From Nitrospirota bacterium (GTDB taxonomy: Bacteria > Nitrospirota > Nitrospiria > SBBL01 > JAADHI01), in assembly GCA_029261195.1 (NCBI GenBank), contig JAJDBU010000044.1:13396-77395 (forward strand): a DNA stretch of 64,000 nt. Reading direction: 5' to 3'. Shown here piece after piece: positions 58,176-64,000 of this stretch. Position numbers and translations under genes: made by a program. How positions within the stretch are numbered: position 1 is the first letter of the stretch; every line of letters begins with the position of its first letter. The notes under the pieces were generated by a model, which saw only the letters and a list, made by a program, of their open reading frames with translations, had not been told where the DNA came from and did no database searches.

Positions 58176-60473
58176 CTATACAGGAAATTCGACCGAAAAT
58201 ATTGTTCCTTTTGGCTTTTTCGGCGCAACATGGATCTGTGCGTTGTGGTCGGTGACAATGCGGTTCACAATGGCTAATCCAAGTCCGGTGCCCGATTTTT
58301 TTCTTGAAAAGTAGGGCAGGAAGAGTTTATCCAGATCTTCAGGCGGGATCCCGATGCCTTCATCTACCACATCAACGCGGACCTTTTTGCGTTCTGCATC
58401 GTAAGTTGTCGCCACCTCTAAGATGCCGTGATGGTCCATGGCCTGGACGGCATTTTCAAAAATATTGGTAAAAACACGCTTAATTTGATCATGATCAAGA
58501 TTCACTTCGGGGGAAGAAAAATCATGCCGGGTTTCGACGGTAATATTTTTATGGGCGCTCCGATAAAGCGAAATAACTTCTCGAAGCAGTGTATAGAGAC
58601 TTTCGGGTTTAAGTCGCGGCGGCGGCATTCGTGCAAAATAAGAGAATTCATCAACCAGGGTTTTCAGGCTGTGAACTTCGTTGATGACAATTTGTGTTGA
58701 TTCGTCAAAAATGGTGTTGAAGTCGGGAGAACGCTGCTTGAATTTTTTTCTCAGACGTTCGGTTGAGAGCTGAATCGGCGTCAGGGGATTACGGATTTCA
58801 TGCGCAATTCGGCGTGCCACCTCCTGCCATGTCGCCAATTTTTGAGCACGGATCAGTTCGGTCAGGTCGTCAAAAACGATTACAAAGCCCAGAGGCTTCT
58901 CATCCGAACCGTGCAGGACGGAAAGGACCATACGAAGGGTCAATAAGCGTTCACGCACTTCCAGACTGACCTCTTTCTCCAGGGATTCGACACCGATTCT
59001 TTTGATTTCTTGCAGAGGGGATTTCATTCCTGACACCTTGGGAGAGGAAAAACAATCGTCATAGTTATGTTGAATGGCATCGGCGGCTCGGACATCCAGT
59101 ATTAATTCTGCAGAGGGATTGAATGTTGTAATCGTCCCTTTTTCATTGATGGAAATGACACCTGCGGCGATATTTTGCAAGACGCCTTCCAATTCTCTGT
59201 TCGAGGCGGCGAGAGAATGGGTGGTTGCGCCAATCTTTTGCTGGCTTTCTTTCAGATCTGCCGTCATTTTATTAAAGGAGTCCACAAGAATACCGAGTTC
59301 GTCCTTGGCCCTTACATTGATCTGAAAGTTCAAATCGCCGTGGGCGACGGCCTGAGTCCCCTCGGCAAGTTTCTGGAGTGGCACGGTGATACTTTTGGCA
59401 AGATAGAGTCCGAACCAGATCGCCGAGAACATGATGACTAAGACGATAATCAGGAATGAGAGGATGTAGCTCCCCTTGATCGGGTTTTTAAAGGCCTTGA
59501 GTTGTTTGTATTCTTCGACCGATTTTTTTATGCCGACCATTTTTTCTACCAGGAGTGAGGGGATGAGATGATCAACGACCAAAATCGCAACAACCCGGTT
59601 CTTTGCCTTTAGGGGCAGCAGACTTCGAATCAAATCACCCTCTGGGGTTGAAATGATTGAGGGAAGCGGAACAACATCGGTATTCTTGTTGCCTTCTTCA
59701 CGCACATTTCCCTGTCCGCTTCCCGGCTTGTCAGTGACTGAGAGTTTCTCGGCTAAAAAATCTGCACCGGGTCGAAAGCGGTCTAAACTTGCGCCACTTT
59801 CACCCGTGCCGGTCTCTGCTAAGGCTTCATATTCCGGTGTGAAAAGATAGATTTTGTGAAGGCCATGTTCTTCCTTGCGGTCTTTCAAAAAACCGCTCAG
59901 GGCTTTTGGGCGGCTGAGAAGTTGTTTTTGCTGTAACAGTTTCTTGCCGATCTGCAAGGAAAGGCCTGACACATCTCTTTCAGTTTCCCGGTAGTAATCC
60001 TGGGCGACTTCGAGTGAGAGGTCTAGAGACTTCTCAACCTGGATGGAGAACCAGTTTTCGATGCTGCTGGTCAACAAACCACTCGCCACAACAAAGAGCA
60101 GGATAGAGGGAATGATCGAAAGCCCGATAAATGTGGCGATGAGTTTGCTCTTTAATGAAGCCTTGTTACTTTCCTGCCTCCGTTCAAAATAAAATTTTAT
60201 GAGGTTTCTGGAAAGCAGCAGGACGAGCAGGATGGCGAGCGTAATATTGAGGTTGACCAGGGTAACCACAAGGATATTTGTCGAAAAGAGGGAAGGGCTT
60301 TCAACTCCCCTGAAAAAAAGAAAGGTCAAGGAGACCGAAAGCGCCAAGCAAAGCGCAGTAATCCAGACGGCACGAAACCCGGTACGCGTTTCTTTCCCTT
60401 GACTATTTTGCCCTTGATTGCCTTGCCCTTGATTATCTTGGTGAGTGGCGGGTTTTATTTTTGAATTTTTCAA
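58176..60473 (-). CDS. ntrY: NtrY-like sensor histidine kinase (HAMP, PAS)
   Basis: SIENWF, WQEVARRIAHEIRNPLTPIQLS, LVDEFSYFARMP, GTGLGLAIV. Confidence 0.88.
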   Translation of the reverse strand: MKNSKIKPATHQDNQGQGNQGQNSQGKETRTGFRAVWITALCLALSVSLTFLFFRGVESPSLFSTNILVVTLVNLNITLAILLVLLLSRNLIKFYFERRQESNKASLKSKLIATFIGLSIIPSILLFVVASGLLTSSIENWFSIQVEKSLDLSLEVAQDYYRETERDVSGLSLQIGKKLLQQKQLLSRPKALSGFLKDRKEEHGLHKIYLFTPEYEALAETGTGESGASLDRFRPGADFLAEKLSVTDKPGSGQGNVREEGNKNTDVVPLPSIISTPEGDLIRSLLPLKAKNRVVAILVVDHLIPSLLVEKMVGIKKSVEEYKQLKAFKNPIKGSYILSFLIIVLVIMFSAIWFGLYLAKSITVPLQKLAEGTQAVAHGDLNFQINVRAKDELGILVDSFNKMTADLKESQQKIGATTHSLAASNRELEGVLQNIAAGVISINEKGTITTFNPSAELILDVRAADAIQHNYDDCFSSPKVSGMKSPLQEIKRIGVESLEKEVSLEVRERLLTLRMVLSVLHGSDEKPLGFVIVFDDLTELIRAQKLATWQEVARRIAHEIRNPLTPIQLSTERLRKKFKQRSPDFNTIFDESTQIVINEVHSLKTLVDEFSYFARMPPPRLKPESLYTLLREVISLYRSAHKNITVETRHDFSSPEVNLDHDQIKRVFTNIFENAVQAMDHHGILEVATTYDAERKKVRVDVVDEGIGIPPEDLDKLFLPYFSRKKSGTGLGLAIVNRIVTDHNAQIHVAPKKPKGTIFSVEFPV

Positions 60474-60488
60474 ATTGACCGTTCCGAA

Positions 60489-61097
60489 CTATTTGCCAGA
60501 GTCTGGGATGATGTAAGAAGAGTCAGCCCAGGGCGTGTCTATTTCTAGAAAGGGGATAAAAAAGAGGAAGTATTCCAGATAGAAAGGGAGCTTCGCCGCT
60601 TTCATTTGTGACTTGACGCTAATGTAATAACGTCGGCTATTGCCCAGCACTTTCGCAGGGGCGAATGGTATTTGGTCAATTTGAGAGACGATTTTTTTCA
60701 TCTCCTCGATATCGGAGGTATGTTTTTCAATGACCTTGCCGTCGTCATTCAGAAGAATGAGATAGTCCTTTTTGAGCGTGTCATATTTTACGGTGTAGCG
60801 AACGGTTTTTGAGCGAATTTCTTCATCGAACCAACGCTTTTCTTTCCGTTTCAAAAGGATGTAATAATAGAAGTCTTTTGGAATACCGTTGTGAATATCC
60901 CGGCTGATGTCGTTATTAAAGCCCTTCGTCAAATCAGCAGATACGACGATTTCCTTGCCAATGACAGCAACATGTACATTTCCGATACGGCCTTTTCCCT
61001 TCGCCATTGCCGACTCAGGGATTATAAAAATAGTCAGGACTAAAATATTGAATAATAATGCTTTGAGATACATATTTCGGATCACCGTTGTTGCCAA
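60489..61097 (-). CDS. DUF4390 domain protein
   Basis: IHNGIP...WFDE...VKYDTL...LPFYL; usual position upstream of ntrY. Confidence 0.75.
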   Translation of the reverse strand: MATTVIRNMYLKALLFNILVLTIFIIPESAMAKGKGRIGNVHVAVIGKEIVVSADLTKGFNNDISRDIHNGIPKDFYYYILLKRKEKRWFDEEIRSKTVRYTVKYDTLKKDYLILLNDDGKVIEKHTSDIEEMKKIVSQIDQIPFAPAKVLGNSRRYYISVKSQMKAAKLPFYLEYFLFFIPFLEIDTPWADSSYIIPDSGK

Positions 61098-61348
61098 TAT
61101 TTTCCGGAAGATCTTTTATTTACATCTTTGTGAGCGGTAGTTTAGCACATCAATAAGGGCTCACCCATCTTTTGAAACGGATTCAAACAGGCGGTGAGAT
61201 ACGGCATGTTTTGGAGGAGGGAGGAGAATCAGGATAATCGTTATTTCTCTCTCCGTGCAAGCTTGGAACAATGACATGGATTATCGCCAACTCAGCTCAG
61301 GTGAAAGATATACTAAGGAAGCTCTGATCAAGGCTTTTTCAGTAAGCC

Positions 61349-62974
61349 TTAATGTTCGATTGGAAAATGCTGATTCAGTGAAGCACGCGTGATGGTAATA
61401 TGTTCAGGGGGCTGTACTTCCGCCCTGTCTGGAAAATCTTCTCTAAAATGAGCGCCGATGCTTTCCCGGCGACGAAGCGCCGATTCAATCATCGTCGCTG
61501 CTGCCCAGAGCATGTTCCTTGTCTCCAGTGCAAGTCTGGAATTGGGAGAGGCCTTCAAAAAACCGCGCCACTGCCGCCACCGCTTAATTGCTTTTTGAAG
61601 GGAATCTTCACAGCGAATAATGCCAACCCGACGCCACATCATCTCTCTTAATTTTTTTTGCACAAGTAAGTAGGCCTCCGGCGCTTTACTTTGGATTGTC
61701 TTGGCAGTGCGAGACATAGACCTCGTCTCAGACCAGTCGGCAAAAGAGGGCTGAGATTTTGAACGATCAGGACCGACAACATCTCCAACCCGTGCGCCGA
61801 AGACCAGGCTCTCCAGAAGAGAATTACTTGCAAGGCGATTGGCCCCGTGTACTCCGGTGGCTGCAACCTCCCCAACCGCATAAAGCCCCGGAATATTCGT
61901 TCGTCCGAAGAGGTCGGACTTCACCCCGCCCATCATATAATGCGCACTCGGCGCCACCGGGATGCGATCGCTCGTAATATCAATGCCGTATTGCAGGCAG
62001 GTTGCATAAATTTTCGGGAAGCGCTGTCGGAGAAATTCCGCGTTGAGGTGAGTCATGTCGAGAAAGACATGGTGCCGACGACTGCCCTTGATTTCTTTCC
62101 GGATGGCGCGGGTCACAAGGTCACGGGGCGCCAACTCCGCATCCGGATGGTAGCGATCCAAAAACGGCTTCCCTTCAGCATCAAGAATACGCCCTCCCTC
62201 TCCTCGCATCGCCTCAGAGAGCAGAAAAGAAGGCGCAGCAGCCAGAGAAAGCGCTGTCGGGTGAAATTGGAAAAAGGCCATGTCTTCCAGTTCAGCGCCC
62301 GCCAGAAGAGCCATCGCAAGACCGTCACCCGTTGAAACCGGTGGATTGGTTGTTCTTCTATAGACTTGCCCGCTTCCTCCGGTCGCTAGAATCACCGCGT
62401 CGGCAAAGAAGTGTTTTAACTCTCCCGTCCGTTCATCCAGAGCCAGGACGCCTCTGCAAAGCGTTTCGCCATCCCTGCTTTTCATTGTGATCAAATCGCA
62501 TGAAAAATGACCATTCAGCACAGTCACAGCAGGATTTGAGGCAATTGTTTTCTTGAGGGTTCTGACAATCTCATTGCCTGTGCTATCGCCTTTTGCCCTC
62601 AAGATTCGGTCTTTGCGATGCGCACCTTCCCTGGCAAGGGCAAAGCGCTCTCCAACCTTGTCAAATTCAGCCCCCCAGTCGATCAACTCATGAATCAATT
62701 GAGGCCCTTCTTCAACCAGTACCTGAACCGCCTTTTTCCGACAAAGTCCTCTTCCGGCATCAAGCGTATCCTGAAAGTGGGATTGGATTTCTTCTACTTC
62801 TTTTCCCAAAGCAGCGGCGACCCCTCCCTGAGCAATTGCCGAACTCGACTCATGCGTCAGGCCCTTGTTCAGGATGAGGACTTCGCCATCGCGGCTTGCC
62901 CCGATGGCAGCCCTCAGTCCGGCGATACCACCCCCGATAACAAGAAAATCTGTTTTTATCTCCGGGATTTTCAT
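61349..62974 (-). CDS. nadB: L-aspartate oxidase
   Basis: AQGGVAA, REGAH, TTNP...TGDG, QFHPT, SEAMRGEG, LAPRD, AHYMMGG, GVHGANRLASNSLLE. Confidence 0.95.
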   Translation of the reverse strand: MKIPEIKTDFLVIGGGIAGLRAAIGASRDGEVLILNKGLTHESSSAIAQGGVAAALGKEVEEIQSHFQDTLDAGRGLCRKKAVQVLVEEGPQLIHELIDWGAEFDKVGERFALAREGAHRKDRILRAKGDSTGNEIVRTLKKTIASNPAVTVLNGHFSCDLITMKSRDGETLCRGVLALDERTGELKHFFADAVILATGGSGQVYRRTTNPPVSTGDGLAMALLAGAELEDMAFFQFHPTALSLAAAPSFLLSEAMRGEGGRILDAEGKPFLDRYHPDAELAPRDLVTRAIRKEIKGSRRHHVFLDMTHLNAEFLRQRFPKIYATCLQYGIDITSDRIPVAPSAHYMMGGVKSDLFGRTNIPGLYAVGEVAATGVHGANRLASNSLLESLVFGARVGDVVGPDRSKSQPSFADWSETRSMSRTAKTIQSKAPEAYLLVQKKLREMMWRRVGIIRCEDSLQKAIKRWRQWRGFLKASPNSRLALETRNMLWAAATMIESALRRRESIGAHFREDFPDRAEVQPPEHITITRASLNQHFPIEH

Positions 62975-63045
62975 GGCGCTTCAGACAAGATTAACATTGA
63001 TTTTTTTGTGCTTGGCCTTTTTGTGCCTGGCCTTTTTGTGATGGA

Positions 63046-63501
63046 TTATCGGAAGACTCCGAAAGGAGAATCGCCACGGACTTCGATCATTTTGGGGTCT
63101 GAAGCATCATTCCAGAAAAAAATGGCTTTCCCCCTTTTTTCAATTGAAGAGACGTTAAGCTTTTGCACCCAGACACCTTTCCAGCGAACAACCGTCTTAA
63201 GACGTCCGGCCTCAGCCTCGACGCGTTCAAGAACAAAAGCAATTTCAGACGAGTTAAAATGTTCGAAGTCCCTAAGAGTCCGAGTACGGACAAGGTCCAG
63301 GGCATCTGAAGAGGGATCAAGGCCACCAAAAAATCCGTTCTCATCCTTATTGCTGTAGGCGATGGCAAGGCTCGACAGATTTTTCTGGATTTGACTCACC
63401 GTCGTTGCAATTGGCGAGGGTTTCTTTTTATCCGATGCACATGCCCCGAAAAGAGCGAGAGATAAAAGTAAAATGAGTAACTGCGTATGCTGAGATCTCA
63501 A
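63046..63501 (-). CDS. Hypothetical lipoprotein
   Basis: Lipobox-like FGA-C; AAGGTGG RBS before TTG. Confidence 0.7.
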   Translation of the reverse strand: MRSQHTQLLILLLSLALFGACASDKKKPSPIATTVSQIQKNLSSLAIAYSNKDENGFFGGLDPSSDALDLVRTRTLRDFEHFNSSEIAFVLERVEAEAGRLKTVVRWKGVWVQKLNVSSIEKRGKAIFFWNDASDPKMIEVRGDSPFGVFR

Positions 63502-63677
63502 ATTTCCACCTTCTTTTTATGGTCGAATATTGCTAGTTCAATAGGACGGAATTATAGTTTAAGCAGGAAAAGCGGTCAAGCAGTGTAAACGGAGAGGAGA
63601 TAAATAGGTCGGTTCTTGATTGTGGGTCGCGATTCTTGATCACTTTGACATAGATGTGGTACAAGGTGAGCTTCTTC

Positions 63678-63763
63678 GGGCGCGTGGCGGAATTGGTAGA
63701 CGCAGCAGTCTCAAAAACTGCCGGGGTTTCCTCGTGTCGGTTCGATTCCGACCGTGCCCACCA
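63678..63763 (+). tRNA. tRNA-Leu(CAA)
   Basis: Acceptor GGGCGCG/CGTGCCC; anticodon arm GCAGT-CTCAAAA-ACTGC; long variable arm; GGTTCGATTCC; encoded CCA. Confidence 0.96.
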
Positions 63764-64000
63764 TTAAAAAACAATCACTTAGAATAAATTTTCCCTTCGA
63801 GACAAACATCCGTTTTTTCATTGGTCACGGTTCTGGACTGTTTTTTCCTTAAAGTGACCTCTTTCACAGCATCTCTAAGATGACCTGGGGAAAGGTGAGC
63901 GTATTACATTGTCATGACAATTGATTTTAAAAGTTTGATTCGTTATTTTTCAGAAACCCGTCTCTACTTTCTTAGCCGTAAATGACAAACAGATTGACAG

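Noticed and set aside
62618-63358. 246-aa plus-strand ORF
   Set aside because: Antisense to nadB and the lipoprotein gene; no motifs
1-64000. CRISPR array, rRNA, reverse transcriptase, known riboswitch
   Set aside because: None recognised by manual reading; an Infernal/Rfam scan would be needed to exclude small RNAs

Overview
A gene-dense bacterial chromosome window. Gene content (giant multicopper oxidase with carboxypeptidase-regulatory-like neighbours, long-form hflX, waaF-gmhB fusion, DUF4390-ntrY-ntrX-nadB block, Slr0320-type radical SAM) suggests Nitrospirota, class Nitrospiria; this is an inference from family recall, not a database result. Layout: (1) 1-11.5 kb envelope/lipoprotein genes, with a scar at 5.1-5.5 kb where a Fic gene stub, an IS21 end (terminal repeat plus istB 3' end) and a beheaded surface-protein gene are fused; (2) 2-hydroxyacid dehydrogenase, a HEAT + HD-GYP pair and xerD; (3) 17.2-26.9 kb: a ~1644-codon multicopper oxidase broken by one in-frame TAA, two downstream proteins with amicyanin-like C-x2-H-x2-M copper loops, and upstream exported genes, one of which the ORF track missed; (4) hflX and an LPS cluster (waaA, lpxK, lpxL, waaF-gmhB, Trm112-like, plus a divergent kdkA/GT9 pair); (5) BrnTA, housekeeping genes, a His kinase/RR/GGDEF-EAL operon, ferredoxin and radical SAM; (6) 50.3-54.7 kb four-gene surface cluster ending in a collagen/C-type-lectin-fold protein resembling DGR targets; (7) LplT-PlsC, ntrYX, nadB and tRNA-Leu(CAA). 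No CRISPR array, rRNA, reverse transcriptase or intact transposase was seen. The best candidates for an undescribed system are the copper-protein module and the surface cluster. All product calls come from manual motif recognition.
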